From assembly GCA_964541395.1 (NCBI GenBank), contig CAZIPM010000004.1, positions 1,188 to 65,187 of the forward strand: a stretch of DNA of 64,000 nt, written 5' to 3'. Below the pieces are notes generated by a model, which was not told the origin of the DNA, ran no database searches, and worked only from the letters and a program-made list of their open reading frames with translations. The stretch comes from an uncultured Gammaproteobacteria bacterium. GTDB lineage: Bacteria > Patescibacteriota > Microgenomatia > UBA8517. Position numbers and translations under genes: made by a program. Positions 1-9,882 of the stretch are shown here, piece by piece; the stretch's first letter is position 1, and every line of letters begins with the position of its first letter.

Positions 1-218
1 CTACCAAATTGGGGGATAGAAACAGCAATACGCTTGCCGTTAATATCAGTTCTGGCAATTCCACTAAATAGACTACCAAGCCTTTTCCCTTTAATCTCGG
101 GAAAATTATTCTCAAATAGTTCGAAGGTAATTTCTTTGTCCTTGTTGGTCAAAAAGACAAGGATTCCCTGAAGAATTTCGTTTGACTTTTGTCTTAAAGT
201 GACTTTCAGTCGTTCCAT
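1..218 (-). CDS. hypothetical protein (partial, runs off window start)
   Basis: Minus-strand ORF with ATG at 216-218 (MERLKVTLRQKSNEILQG...); no recognisable motif. Confidence 0.3.
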   Translation of the reverse strand, partial: MERLKVTLRQKSNEILQGILVFLTNKDKEITFELFENNFPEIKGKRLGSLFSGIARTDINGKRIAVSIPQFG

Positions 219-515
219 AACAAGATGACTATATCACATCTTTTACGTGCTTGTCAAGTACCACTACTAGAGATAGTACGACTAGAACGAGTTCAAGTTA
301 TAGATACGGAATAATATTGAGGGTACTCAGGGGAGATTAATAGCTTCCAAGCTAAAAGTATATAAATCGGGTACCCTGTCATAATATAAAGAGGATTTAC
401 AATACAAATCCTTTATAACTTATAAAGGTATTACAATGTAGATAGTCGTGGCTAGAGTGTCGCCTTCAAGGGAGTAGAAGATACTAAAAGAGTACTCTAA
501 TTTCAGAATCTGAAG

Positions 516-779
516 TTATAAATCAGTAAGGTCACTTATTGAAACTTTAAGCGCCTTTGAAATCTTCCACATCACATACGCCGTCGGGTGGTATTTACCA
601 AGTTCTAGATGACCAACATAAGTAAGATGCAAACCTGCCTTTTCGGCAAGCTCCTGTTGCGTCATCTTTTTGCGCTTGCGGGCTTCTCGAAGCCTCTCGC
701 TCAATCTTTTCGTGTACTCCCTTCTTAACTTCCTATTTTCATTGGCCTCAAGGGGTGTTTTGAAAATCAACGATTTCAT
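516..779 (-). CDS. XRE-family helix-turn-helix transcriptional regulator
   Basis: MTQQELAEKAGLHLTYVGHLELGK is a Cro/C1-type HTH signature. Confidence 0.7.
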   Translation of the reverse strand: MKSLIFKTPLEANENRKLRREYTKRLSERLREARKRKKMTQQELAEKAGLHLTYVGHLELGKYHPTAYVMWKISKALKVSISDLTDL

Positions 780-837
780 ACCATTGATTTTCCAGCGTAC
801 TCATAGTATTTTATATAGCGTAGTCATCTAATCAATT

Positions 838-1041
838 ATGAAATTAAAATTTATTTTGGTTATCCTAATAGGCCTATTATCTACTAGTATCGGATACTAC
901 ATTTTCGTCTATCGGCCTCAGGAGATTAAGTTAAGATGTATGCAGTTAGCTAGGTTTGAATTTGACGGTGGGGTTGCTAAGGGACATCCAGCAGTTGATA
1001 GTACTGTGTACCAAAATTGTGTAAAGGAGTTTGGTCAATAA
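838..1041 (+). CDS. small membrane protein, hypothetical
   Basis: N-terminal hydrophobic helix; overlaps next ORF start. Confidence 0.3.
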   Translation: MKLKFILVILIGLLSTSIGYYIFVYRPQEIKLRCMQLARFEFDGGVAKGHPAVDSTVYQNCVKEFGQ

Positions 1042-1361
1042 TGGGTCGCATAACTAACAAATTATCCTTTTACTTACTTTGTGGCTGGGCAATTGCTGCA
1101 AGTATATTGGTAGCTCTTTTATGGAAGAATAATCAGAAACTGGAAAAGGTTAACTCTTTATTATTTGATACAGTGATTGAAAGCAATAATCTAGCAAATA
1201 ATGCTAGTGAAGCGTACAAGGTGTTTGGTGGATGCATGACAAATCAAACTATTTGTAATCTCAAAGAGACTGGCGAAAAACTTCGTGGGTTAAATGATGA
1301 GAAGGAAGCCATCAATCAGAGAATCTTAGAAATCCAATTAAAACTTCAAGAGTTGAAGTAA
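1017..1361 (+). CDS. hypothetical membrane-anchored coiled-coil protein
   Basis: TM segment then heptad-like C-terminus. Confidence 0.35.
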   Translation: MCKGVWSIMGRITNKLSFYLLCGWAIAASILVALLWKNNQKLEKVNSLLFDTVIESNNLANNASEAYKVFGGCMTNQTICNLKETGEKLRGLNDEKEAINQRILEIQLKLQELK

Positions 1362-1409
1362 ATTCTTCAAGAACAAGTTCGAATTTTAAGATATAATTAT
1401 GATGCTTTT

Positions 1410-2153
1410 ATGGAACTTTCGAATAAAATCGCACTAGTTACTGGCGCAAGTACAGGTATTGGTAGAGCAATAGCAATTGAACTGGCGAAAAAGGGCGCTT
1501 TTACAATATTGGTGGCAAGAACAAAAGGTAGATTAGAAGCTACTAGAGATTTAATTGTAAAAGCGGGCGGTAAATCAGAAATTATAGTTGCGGATTTAAG
1601 TAGTCTTGATTCTATCAATCAACTAATCTCAAACGTAAAGAGTAAGTTTAAGAACATTGATGTCTTGGTTAATGTAGCTGGCATTTGGCATGGAGAGAAC
1701 GAAGTATACGCAGGAAAAGATTTCGACAACTTCTCTCAAAGGGTAATTCTTGATACATACATGGTAGGTACAATAAGTCCCACCCTACTTACTCATGCTT
1801 TTGTACCTTTAATGCCAAGAGGGGCAAGGATAATTAACATTTCAGGGACATTTGAGAGTGGAGCTAAGGGATGGTTACCATATTATGTTTCAAAGAGAGC
1901 AATTGAAGATTTAACAATTGGTTTAGCAGAAGAACTAAAAGACAGGGGAATTTTAGTTAATGCAATCTCTCCCTCTGATACAGCAACCGAAGCATATAAG
2001 AAATATTTTCCTCGATATATTTCTGATGCAATCGAACCAGAAGAAATCGCCAAATTCGCTGTCCATATATGTTCAGGCAAGGCAAACGATATTTCAGGTA
2101 AAGTGTTCGTGTTAAAGAAAGGAAAAGAACCTTACGAGGGTTATCACACGTAA
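1410..2153 (+). CDS. short-chain dehydrogenase/reductase (SDR) family oxidoreductase
   Basis: TGASTGIGRAIA Rossmann motif and YxxxK (YYVSK) catalytic motif. Confidence 0.85.
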   Translation: MELSNKIALVTGASTGIGRAIAIELAKKGAFTILVARTKGRLEATRDLIVKAGGKSEIIVADLSSLDSINQLISNVKSKFKNIDVLVNVAGIWHGENEVYAGKDFDNFSQRVILDTYMVGTISPTLLTHAFVPLMPRGARIINISGTFESGAKGWLPYYVSKRAIEDLTIGLAEELKDRGILVNAISPSDTATEAYKKYFPRYISDAIEPEEIAKFAVHICSGKANDISGKVFVLKKGKEPYEGYHT

Positions 2154-2155
2154 AT

Positions 2156-2707
2156 ATGGTAATGCATTACCCACCACAATACAGATATTCTCTTTTTGAA
2201 CAATGGGATAAAGACGCTTTCGCCTTAATACAAGAAATTGCGAGAACAAAAGATTATCCGAAGATATTAGGCTCTAAAGAGGAAAAGAGTAAATTCTTAG
2301 TAACTCTTATTAGAACCCAGAAATCTCTACACGGCTGGAGGCAATTTTTAATTGATATCTTGGCACAAATAAAAGGTAATAACACCATTGATACAAAAAT
2401 ACTGTTAAGCAAATATCCCCCAGACAGTGTGGATAAGCAAAAGCCAGCATGGGTAACTTATGAAGAAGATGAAATTGTAAATAATTTCATTAACGAATTA
2501 GCAAGTCGAAAAGTCGAATTTATAGGAACGGATAAAGAGATTGCGGAATTTATACTAAGATTTATTCTTGGTCAACTTGGTCATGACTGGGAACAGACTA
2601 TTATGATGGTTTGGGAAGTGCTTGGTGACGAGAATCAGCTTTCAGTAAGTAACCTTAATAAAGAGATGAAAAATTTTGACTACCTGAGACTATTTGGGGG
2701 AATGTAA
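2156..2707 (+). CDS. hypothetical protein
   Basis: ORF tightly packed after the SDR gene; no motif recognised. Confidence 0.4.
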   Translation: MVMHYPPQYRYSLFEQWDKDAFALIQEIARTKDYPKILGSKEEKSKFLVTLIRTQKSLHGWRQFLIDILAQIKGNNTIDTKILLSKYPPDSVDKQKPAWVTYEEDEIVNNFINELASRKVEFIGTDKEIAEFILRFILGQLGHDWEQTIMMVWEVLGDENQLSVSNLNKEMKNFDYLRLFGGM

Positions 2708-2714
2708 TTAAACT

Positions 2715-3275
2715 ATGAAACGAGTATTTATTATTCATGGCTGGGGTGGTAATCCAAATAAAGATTGGATTCCCTGGGTTGAGTCACAACTCGAGACTAA
2801 AGGGTTCGAGGTTCTGGCTCCCACAATGCCTGACACAGATAATCCACAAATCAAACCTTGGGTTAATAAATTGAGTGAAGTTATTAAGGAACCACAGAAG
2901 CAGGATGTGTTAATAGGCCATAGTATCGGATGTCAAACCATTTTAAGATTTCTAGCAGCGTTGCCAGAGAACCAGAGTGTTAGTAAAGTCATTCTAGTTG
3001 CTCCATGGTTCAAATTGACAAATCTTGAGAATGACGAAGCGTGGAAAATCGCTGACCCTTGGATAAAATCCCCAATAATATTTTCGAAAGTAAAATCAAA
3101 GGCAGATTCTTTCATAGCAGTATTTTCAGATAATGACCAATGGGTACCATTGAAGGAAAATAAAGAGTTGTTCGAAAAGAACCTACGTCCAAGAATAATA
3201 GTGCTACATAACAAAGGCCATTTTACCGAAGAAGAAGGAGTAAAAGAATTGCCTGAAATTTTAAGACTATTATGA
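2715..3275 (+). CDS. alpha/beta hydrolase, YdeN/RBBP9-like serine hydrolase
   Basis: GHSIGC nucleophile elbow; ~186 aa size typical of YdeN family. Confidence 0.65.
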   Translation: MKRVFIIHGWGGNPNKDWIPWVESQLETKGFEVLAPTMPDTDNPQIKPWVNKLSEVIKEPQKQDVLIGHSIGCQTILRFLAALPENQSVSKVILVAPWFKLTNLENDEAWKIADPWIKSPIIFSKVKSKADSFIAVFSDNDQWVPLKENKELFEKNLRPRIIVLHNKGHFTEEEGVKELPEILRLL

Positions 3276-3721
3276 ACCAACTGCAACTAGCTGAAATTGC
3301 AAAGGGAATAATTAAGAGTAATGTTTACCTTACTCTCGGCACTGCCGATAAAGACCCTTGGGTTGCACCAGTATTTTATGCAGTTGATGACAACTATAAC
3401 TTTTACTACATCTCACAGATGGATTCGCTTCACACTCAACATATTTTGGAAAATCCAAATGTTGCTTTTGCGATTTTCGACTCACACCAAAAGGAGGGTA
3501 CAGGGAATGGCATTCAAGGAAAAGGTAAGGTGCATTTATTAAAAGATGATGAGCTTACAGAAGCCTTTAAGTGGTATCACACTACATTCGTTGAAATGAA
3601 ACCTGAATCTTTCACTGGCTCTGCTCCGTATAGATTCTTCAAAATTATTCCACAGAAGTTTTATGTACTTGACCCAGACGCAAAAGTTGATAAAAGAGTC
3701 GAGGTAAATGTTAATGTATGA
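3272..3721 (+). CDS. pyridoxamine 5'-phosphate oxidase-like FMN-binding protein
   Basis: Overall pattern (YLTLGTADKDPWVAPVFY...) resembles PNPOx/general-stress-26 split-barrel fold. Confidence 0.5.
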   Translation: MNQLQLAEIAKGIIKSNVYLTLGTADKDPWVAPVFYAVDDNYNFYYISQMDSLHTQHILENPNVAFAIFDSHQKEGTGNGIQGKGKVHLLKDDELTEAFKWYHTTFVEMKPESFTGSAPYRFFKIIPQKFYVLDPDAKVDKRVEVNVNV

Positions 3722-4371
3722 AAATTAACAAAGACGAATTAAAATTTGCAAATGCTTTTATTCAAGAACATTTTGAGAGAATAATTGATTGGGCTGTGGG
3801 TGATATTAAGAGGTGTTGCAGAATGAAAGAAGATGGCACTTGTGATGATAATGGCGCATTGGTAGGTGCATTTATCCTTTGGTGCTGTGCAATTGACTAT
3901 TTTGGAGGGTTATTTACGAGTTATACATCTCAGGGTGCTACCAAAGCCAGATTTAGGTCTTTTATTAAGGCATACATGACCAAATATGACCCCGATAAAG
4001 TTATTGAGCTCAGATGGTCACTTCTTCACTTTTACTCACCACACTATTTTCTTCTTTATCACGAAAGAAATCTTGAACAAAATAAAAGCCTTCACTTAAC
4101 TGCGTCTCAAAAGGGGACTTATCTCCATTTAGGTTGGGCTGTTAAAGATTTAGAAGATGCTGTTAAAAGATATTGGGACGATTTGAAGACAAATGACACT
4201 CTGAAAATTAAAGCATGGCGTTATTACAAAGAGCATTATCCAATAATGCCAATTCGTATAGAAGATTTTGTTGAACAAAAGACTTTTAACTCGCTTCCTA
4301 CAGGTGCGCAAATACAATCCATAAATGTATCGGGGACTATCAGTCAGGATTCATGGTTGAAACCCAAGTAA
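3718..4371 (+). CDS. hypothetical protein
   Basis: ATGA-coupled to the previous ORF; Cys/Trp-rich; no known motif. Confidence 0.4.
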   Translation: MKINKDELKFANAFIQEHFERIIDWAVGDIKRCCRMKEDGTCDDNGALVGAFILWCCAIDYFGGLFTSYTSQGATKARFRSFIKAYMTKYDPDKVIELRWSLLHFYSPHYFLLYHERNLEQNKSLHLTASQKGTYLHLGWAVKDLEDAVKRYWDDLKTNDTLKIKAWRYYKEHYPIMPIRIEDFVEQKTFNSLPTGAQIQSINVSGTISQDSWLKPK

Positions 4372-4533
4372 CACTTCCAGTACTTCAACTTCAATTCCTA
4401 ATTCTATATCGCAGATTTAAGACAGACTTAATTAGTATTTTGGATGGGTTGCAAGGGGTGTGGTGGTGGTCATTACAGGCAAAAGCTCAGCTTGCTGTGA
4501 GGTATAGTTGATTCATATGGTATGTTCGAACAC

Positions 4534-4563
4534 GCTCCATCAGGTGGAGCAATGTTTTTGTTT
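4534..4563 (+). terminator. candidate intrinsic terminator
   Basis: GCTCCA-TCAGG-TGGAGC hairpin followed by AATGTTTTTGTTTG. Confidence 0.35.
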
Positions 4564-4567
4564 GAAT

Positions 4568-5239
4568 CTAGGATAAAACACTATTTTCTCTCTCTTTAAT
4601 ATCTTTGATTGTTTGAGCTACTCTATATCGAAGTAATCGTATGGGAGTAGGATACTTTTCAACAAGCTTTTTGGATGCATCCTCAATAATATATTTTCTA
4701 AATTTTTCACCAATAATTTTATTTGGAAATAAACATGAATAATAAACCTGATTAAATATACTTTCTGCAATAACAGGCGAAATTGAAGGACTACCCAAAC
4801 TATCACTGTATTGGTATATTCCCCATTCTTTTAGTCGTTCAAAAAGTGGAGCGCTTCGCTTGTTGGCCAAAACCTTATGCAATATTGGTTTGCCACATAG
4901 CTCTGAAGCACGATTGATTATCGCAGCCATTGTAAAAGCTGTAGATACTCCTTGTAAAGGGTCTTTATTTACTGGTGATCCAGTAGACTCTATATAAGAA
5001 ACAATAGTAGCAAACTCACTTTTAAGATCATATTCATATCTTTCGTACCATAGTTTTACAACCCCGTTGTATTGGCGGTTTGGTAATATTAACAAAATTC
5101 CCATACGGTCCGTAATATCTCCAATCTTAGATGGTCTAAGAGCAGGGACTCTATCTAGCAACCTTTGCTGAGAATTAGCGTTTTTATCAAACTGAGCTGA
5201 TCCACCCTCTGACATTATAAAGATATTATCACAATACAC
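4568..5239 (-). CDS. hypothetical protein
   Basis: 223-aa ORF; no recognisable motif. Confidence 0.4.
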   Translation of the reverse strand: MYCDNIFIMSEGGSAQFDKNANSQQRLLDRVPALRPSKIGDITDRMGILLILPNRQYNGVVKLWYERYEYDLKSEFATIVSYIESTGSPVNKDPLQGVSTAFTMAAIINRASELCGKPILHKVLANKRSAPLFERLKEWGIYQYSDSLGSPSISPVIAESIFNQVYYSCLFPNKIIGEKFRKYIIEDASKKLVEKYPTPIRLLRYRVAQTIKDIKERENSVLS

Positions 5240-5360
5240 TGATTACTAGCCGTATTTAAAACTTTCAAATACTGTTTGAATATTTTGAAAAGTAAACTTA
5301 AATTCAATTTCTCTATTTAAGAATGCGTTTATTAGAGGGAGTAAGTTTTTTAAACTGATA

Positions 5361-5699
5361 TTATTTTAGAGCTTCTTCGAGCTTTAAAGATAGACTGTAA
5401 AGTTCTTTTACCCAATCAGATTTTGGTAGTTCTTGTACCGCCTTTTTTGCAAATGCCAATATTTCGGGAAGCGAAGCCTCACCATAAACTGGCCAACAGT
5501 CATTTACACTTGAAACTGTTTCTATATACCTTTTGCCACTTTGACTTGCTCCGTATGCTATTCTACGTATTGTCATGTATCTGTCATTGTTAACTGAAGT
5601 GTCGTCTGGAAGATCCATCCAAATTCCTGAGCCATTTTCCATTAAGTTAACATTTCCCATGACTTTTAGCATGTCATCGACTTCACATACAAATTCCAT
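5361..5699 (-). CDS. hypothetical protein
   Basis: 112-aa ORF downstream of the previous minus-strand gene. Confidence 0.35.
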   Translation of the reverse strand: MEFVCEVDDMLKVMGNVNLMENGSGIWMDLPDDTSVNNDRYMTIRRIAYGASQSGKRYIETVSSVNDCWPVYGEASLPEILAFAKKAVQELPKSDWVKELYSLSLKLEEALK

Positions 5700-5889
5700 G
5701 TTGGGGCATTATAACATTATAAGATAGTTTGTCAAAAATAACAGTCTCTAAAGTGTTATAGATTCTATGTGATTTATTTTCCAAATAAAAATGTAGTTAA
5801 AAACAATTTCTCAGTTCTTAAATGCGTTTACCAAGGGGAGCAATTACCCATAGTTTGAATTATTCGACTAAATATAGTAAAATTCATCT

Positions 5890-6135
5890 ATGACAGAGGA
5901 TAGATTTTCTATTAGAGACTTAAGTGAAGATGGTTCAAAACCTGTTCGGTCGGATCAAGATCTGAGGTCAATTTTGACTCGTGGTCAAGAAAGAATGATA
6001 AAATCTCTTTTAGCAACTGCAATTGAACGTCCTTTGGATCAAGATGAAATAGATCAACTAAAGATGTTGTATAGAGTTAAAGAACCAACCCAAGAATTTT
6101 CTAAAATTGTTCTATCTCAGGGTAGAGAAGAATAA
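5890..6135 (+). CDS. hypothetical protein
   Basis: 81-aa charged ORF flanked by AT-rich intergenic DNA. Confidence 0.3.
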   Translation: MTEDRFSIRDLSEDGSKPVRSDQDLRSILTRGQERMIKSLLATAIERPLDQDEIDQLKMLYRVKEPTQEFSKIVLSQGREE

Positions 6136-6258
6136 TAAGTTCTTACCTCATCTAATATGCGGAGCATATAACCTGTAATAGTTATCTAACGGTTTCTTAG
6201 AAAAATTAATAGATCCATGTTGTAAAAAACTTAATTTTAATAGATCATTACTATGTAA

Positions 6259-7605
6259 ATGTATAAATTAGAAACTGCACTTTTTTTGTTAACCATAGTG
6301 GCTTTATTGTTACCGACTTCCATAAGTGCAGCCACTTTAAGAGTATCTCAAACCCATTCGACAATTGCCGCAGCTTATGCAGCCGCAGTTAACGGTGATG
6401 AAATTATTGTTTCCCCTGGGACATATTCAATTTGTCTTACAAATTCAAATAAAAAGATTTCAATAAAAGCGGAATTTCCCGCAACAACCTCCGCACCCTC
6501 CCAGTATTCCATTCTAAACAGTGCCTGTAGTCACGTTGTTTTATTTACTACACCACTTGATAACGATGGTAATTTTCAGCCAGGTGATCATTTTGAATTT
6601 TCAGGTTTTGTTTTAAACGGTTCTGATGATGGGGTGAGCTACCAAGCGGGAAGTGGAATTGTGCAAAATAATCATATTACCGGTCAAACTGATGACCCAG
6701 TTGATGTTGATGCTGCATCTGAAGCGCGCGTTTTCGGAAATATTCTGGGACCCAGCAAAGGAGGGGGGGACGGTTTGGAAAACCGCCTTCATTCTTTTAG
6801 CAGTACGCGCGACTTAAATATGGTTATTAAGGATAATATCATCTACAGTAATCCCAAAGACGGCCTTCAATTTATAGGGATTGTTTCAACTTTAACCAGA
6901 AGAAAATATTTAATTGCCAATAATTTGATAATTAATAACGGGCAGGCCGGTATAGGTACAACTGCCAACGCAATTTCCGATCAAGCTCAATTTCCCAATG
7001 GTCATCCTTTGCCTGAGAAAATGTACATTTTGAACAATACAATTGTAGGTAACGGCATGGGTGGTATTTTGGGGGGCGCCAACATGCAGGTTCATAACAA
7101 CATATTTTACCAAAATAAAGGTCCGGCATTAAAAAACGTAGCAGGTCAATCAGTTGCTTCATATAATTTGTTTTTCGAAAATACAGGCGGTGATAATGTC
7201 GGAAGTAATAGCCAAAATCCCAACGTATTAGCCAACCCTAATTTTGTTAATACAGCTGTACCTCCAAATTTTTCAAGTTTTCAGCTGGGAGCCGGTAGTC
7301 CTGCGATAAATGCAGGTATGGATGTAACCTTGATGTACCAGGAATTCGGGGTTAATCCACCTGCCTATAGCGGTACACCCGATCTGGGTTGGAAGGAATC
7401 AGGTTCTGCACCTCCTCCAACACCTCCCCCAGGAGGAAAAGTGGGGGATATAAACGAGGACGGGAGAGTAGACATTGTAGATATAGGAATAGCAATTGAT
7501 AATTATGCATTATCACCAATTCCTAATCCCAAAGCTGACATAAATAATGACGGGAAGGTAGACATTGTGGACATAGGACTTCTTATAGATAACTACGGAA
7601 CATAA
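6259..7605 (+). CDS. secreted right-handed beta-helix (pectate-lyase-like) protein with C-terminal dockerin-type repeats
   Basis: Signal peptide; repeated NN(H/I)I..N..G beta-helix rungs; Pro-rich linker then two DxNxDGxVDIVDIG...DNY dockerin-like repeats. Confidence 0.7.
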   Translation: MYKLETALFLLTIVALLLPTSISAATLRVSQTHSTIAAAYAAAVNGDEIIVSPGTYSICLTNSNKKISIKAEFPATTSAPSQYSILNSACSHVVLFTTPLDNDGNFQPGDHFEFSGFVLNGSDDGVSYQAGSGIVQNNHITGQTDDPVDVDAASEARVFGNILGPSKGGGDGLENRLHSFSSTRDLNMVIKDNIIYSNPKDGLQFIGIVSTLTRRKYLIANNLIINNGQAGIGTTANAISDQAQFPNGHPLPEKMYILNNTIVGNGMGGILGGANMQVHNNIFYQNKGPALKNVAGQSVASYNLFFENTGGDNVGSNSQNPNVLANPNFVNTAVPPNFSSFQLGAGSPAINAGMDVTLMYQEFGVNPPAYSGTPDLGWKESGSAPPPTPPPGGKVGDINEDGRVDIVDIGIAIDNYALSPIPNPKADINNDGKVDIVDIGLLIDNYGT

Positions 7606-7607
7606 CC

Positions 7608-8114
7608 TTAATTATCACTTGCAGTAATTATTTTTTTTGTCACCCTTTTTACTTTAGGAGCTTTAGGTTTTATAGCCGATTTTGTCTTTTCAATCATAAC
7701 AGGAACTGCAACATCTTCAGCGACCGGTAAAGGTATATCACTTTCAATTTTTGGTGTTAATAAACTAATGATTTTATCCAATTTAGCGCTGATTGCTTCA
7801 AGTTGAGCGTTGTTAGATCCCACCTGTGAGGTATTAGGTCTTTCGAAGCGTGGTCTTTCTGTTCTTTCAAACCTGTCACTTCTTTCCAGTCTTTCGGAAT
7901 CTGCACTTCTTCCGCCTACTTTTTCAAAACAGTCACTGCAATAAACTGGTTTACCAGTTGTCGGTTTAAAAGGAACTTCACAATCTTTACCACAGTTGCT
8001 ACAGACTGCTTTAAACATAGTTCTTGGTCCACTGTCACTTCTATTAAAATCGCGCCTTGCAAAAGATCTACCGCCTCCTCGGTTGTCGTTATTGTCTCTT
8101 CTAAAATTTCCCAT
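7608..8114 (-). CDS. zinc-ribbon protein with low-complexity R/E-rich region
   Basis: CSNCGKDC...CSDCF zinc ribbon; ERxxR repeats (ERLERSDRFERTERPRFERP). Confidence 0.5.
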   Translation of the reverse strand: MGNFRRDNNDNRGGGRSFARRDFNRSDSGPRTMFKAVCSNCGKDCEVPFKPTTGKPVYCSDCFEKVGGRSADSERLERSDRFERTERPRFERPNTSQVGSNNAQLEAISAKLDKIISLLTPKIESDIPLPVAEDVAVPVMIEKTKSAIKPKAPKVKRVTKKIITASDN

Positions 8115-8162
8115 AGTTTGTATCGTATCACCTTTGTGATCTATTTGTAATGATCAAAATAT

Positions 8163-8324
8163 TCAATGATATTTATAGACAATTATAATTCCTAAAATAG
8201 AACCTACACTACTAAAAAACAGTGAAGATATTGATAAAAAATCAGCTCCCCAAAGAGTGGGAACATAACCGCCTACAATCGATCCTATAAAAATTGACAG
8301 ATAGTACATAACTTTTTTAGACAT
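8163..8324 (-). CDS. small predicted membrane protein (53 aa)
   Basis: Own translation MSKKVMYYLSIFIGSIVGGYVPTLWGADF...; below the ORF-track size cutoff. Confidence 0.3.
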   Translation of the reverse strand: MSKKVMYYLSIFIGSIVGGYVPTLWGADFLSISSLFFSSVGSILGIIIVYKYH

Positions 8325-8343
8325 GATAGATTATATTTTATTT

Positions 8344-9051
8344 TTAATATCTTTTTGTTGCAGTGCTTTTTCTATTAAGTTTACTTTGGTGGTTCGTATT
8401 AATTTTCAAATATGCCACTACAAACCAGATAACCAATATTGTAAACAACATCATCGGACTTTCCAGACCATTTCTAACAGTATTCGAGAATATCGACAAA
8501 ATAAAAGCAACTACTATTCCGTACGGAAACATAAATAAAGGGACATAAAAAATTTGCCTAAAGTTTTTTTTCCTTAAACCTGAATTAAAAAAATAAAAAG
8601 CCAAAAAATTAGGATGTAACATTGAAACAAACAATCCCTTGGATAATATTTTTTTCTCTTTTTCAACACCTTTTTTGTTTTGGTTTATTCTTGAAGAAAA
8701 ATATCTACCTAAGAAGTAATCAACAAATGCAGCCACAGTTAAAGTTATTGACACAATTAAGCTGATGATAACGAGAGAAACTAAAGATCTATCCGAGAAA
8801 AAAACTGTTAAAGCTATTATAAAAGCACCCGGGAAATAAAGACAAATATAAGCAGTTCCCTCCAAAAAAGTTGCCAAGATAAGACCAGCATATCCATATT
8901 GCTGATATAATTTCTCCAATATTTCAATAAATTCATTGGGGGGAGGTATTAAATTTGTATTCCATAAAAAAACCAATAGTAAATAGAATATCAATGCAGA
9001 GAGGGGAAGTAGCGGAATTTTCCTCATTTTAATCTTGGTAGCTGAATCCAT
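8344..9051 (-). CDS. DedA/VTT-family membrane protein
   Basis: FLEGT...YFPGAFII resembles the DedA FLEN..FLPGD motif; multi-TM. Confidence 0.55.
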   Translation of the reverse strand: MDSATKIKMRKIPLLPLSALIFYLLLVFLWNTNLIPPPNEFIEILEKLYQQYGYAGLILATFLEGTAYICLYFPGAFIIALTVFFSDRSLVSLVIISLIVSITLTVAAFVDYFLGRYFSSRINQNKKGVEKEKKILSKGLFVSMLHPNFLAFYFFNSGLRKKNFRQIFYVPLFMFPYGIVVAFILSIFSNTVRNGLESPMMLFTILVIWFVVAYLKINTNHQSKLNRKSTATKRY

Positions 9052-9064
9052 TATTTATTGACTG

Positions 9065-9538
9065 TTATATTTTGCTTTTAATACCTTTTTGTTGCAGAGC
9101 CTCTTCTATTAAGAACAGCTGGTTACTTCGCAAAAGTGGCATATTCTCAACTAAAAAAAAGCCACATTCTGATACTTCATGGCTTGGGGTAAATTCACCA
9201 CCAATAAATATTCCGATATAACACATATCTAATCTGGCCCCATCACGATCGGTGCGGGTTTTAAGCTGATCATCAACACTTACAACAAGACCTGATTCTT
9301 CTTCGATTTCCCTTTCCAGAGCTTCAGTAGGGTGCTCTCCGGCTTTTAAATAACCACCAGGTAAACTCCATGAATGCTGCCTGTATGTGTGTTTAAAAAG
9401 CAGTATTTCACCTTTTTTATTAAAGATTATTCCGGTAGCACCAACTAAAAATTGATTTTGGAAAAAGCGCATCAAGAATAACTGCATTCCTTTTGGCAGA
9501 CTTAATAATTTCCAGATTTTAGCGAGTATTGATTTCAC
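9065..9538 (-). CDS. NUDIX hydrolase
   Basis: Nudix box GGYLKAGEHPTEALEREIEEESGL. Confidence 0.8.
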   Translation of the reverse strand: MKSILAKIWKLLSLPKGMQLFLMRFFQNQFLVGATGIIFNKKGEILLFKHTYRQHSWSLPGGYLKAGEHPTEALEREIEEESGLVVSVDDQLKTRTDRDGARLDMCYIGIFIGGEFTPSHEVSECGFFLVENMPLLRSNQLFLIEEALQQKGIKSKI

Positions 9539-9882
9539 AATGCGTTTTTATCTTGGGGTTCATCACTATCCGAATTATTTTTAAGTTTCTCATTTTCCAG
9601 TTCCAACTGGTGAATACGTTTGGTCAGGTTGTTTATTTCATCCTTCGTCTGTTTGATTGTTTTATCTTTTCCGTGCATGACAAGTGCTGTAAAGACTGAA
9701 TTTACAAGATAAATTAAATATGCCATACACAGACCGGTTAAAAGAGATCCGATAATAATATAAAAAAGAGGAATATCAGCAATAAGATATGGTCCCAGGC
9801 GTAACGACACCAACATTAAGTTGTTTTGTGCAAGATATGCCATGATCCCACCAACTATCAATAATAAAATAAGCAAGACCAT
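9535..9882 (-). CDS. LapA-like (DUF1049) membrane protein with coiled-coil tail
   Basis: Two N-terminal TM helices then KRIHQLELENEKLK coiled coil. Confidence 0.45.
   Translation of the reverse strand: MVLLILLLIVGGIMAYLAQNNLMLVSLRLGPYLIADIPLFYIIIGSLLTGLCMAYLIYLVNSVFTALVMHGKDKTIKQTKDEINNLTKRIHQLELENEKLKNNSDSDEPQDKNAL

Noticed and set aside
7916-8131. Antisense or overlapping short ORFs from the six-frame track (e.g. 7916-8131, 6910-7162, 27153-27593, 30425-30796, 48276-48488, 49716-49975, 63694-63951).
   Set aside because: Each lies entirely within, or antisense to, a well-supported longer gene and shows no motif. They are typical low-complexity AT-rich shadow ORFs.
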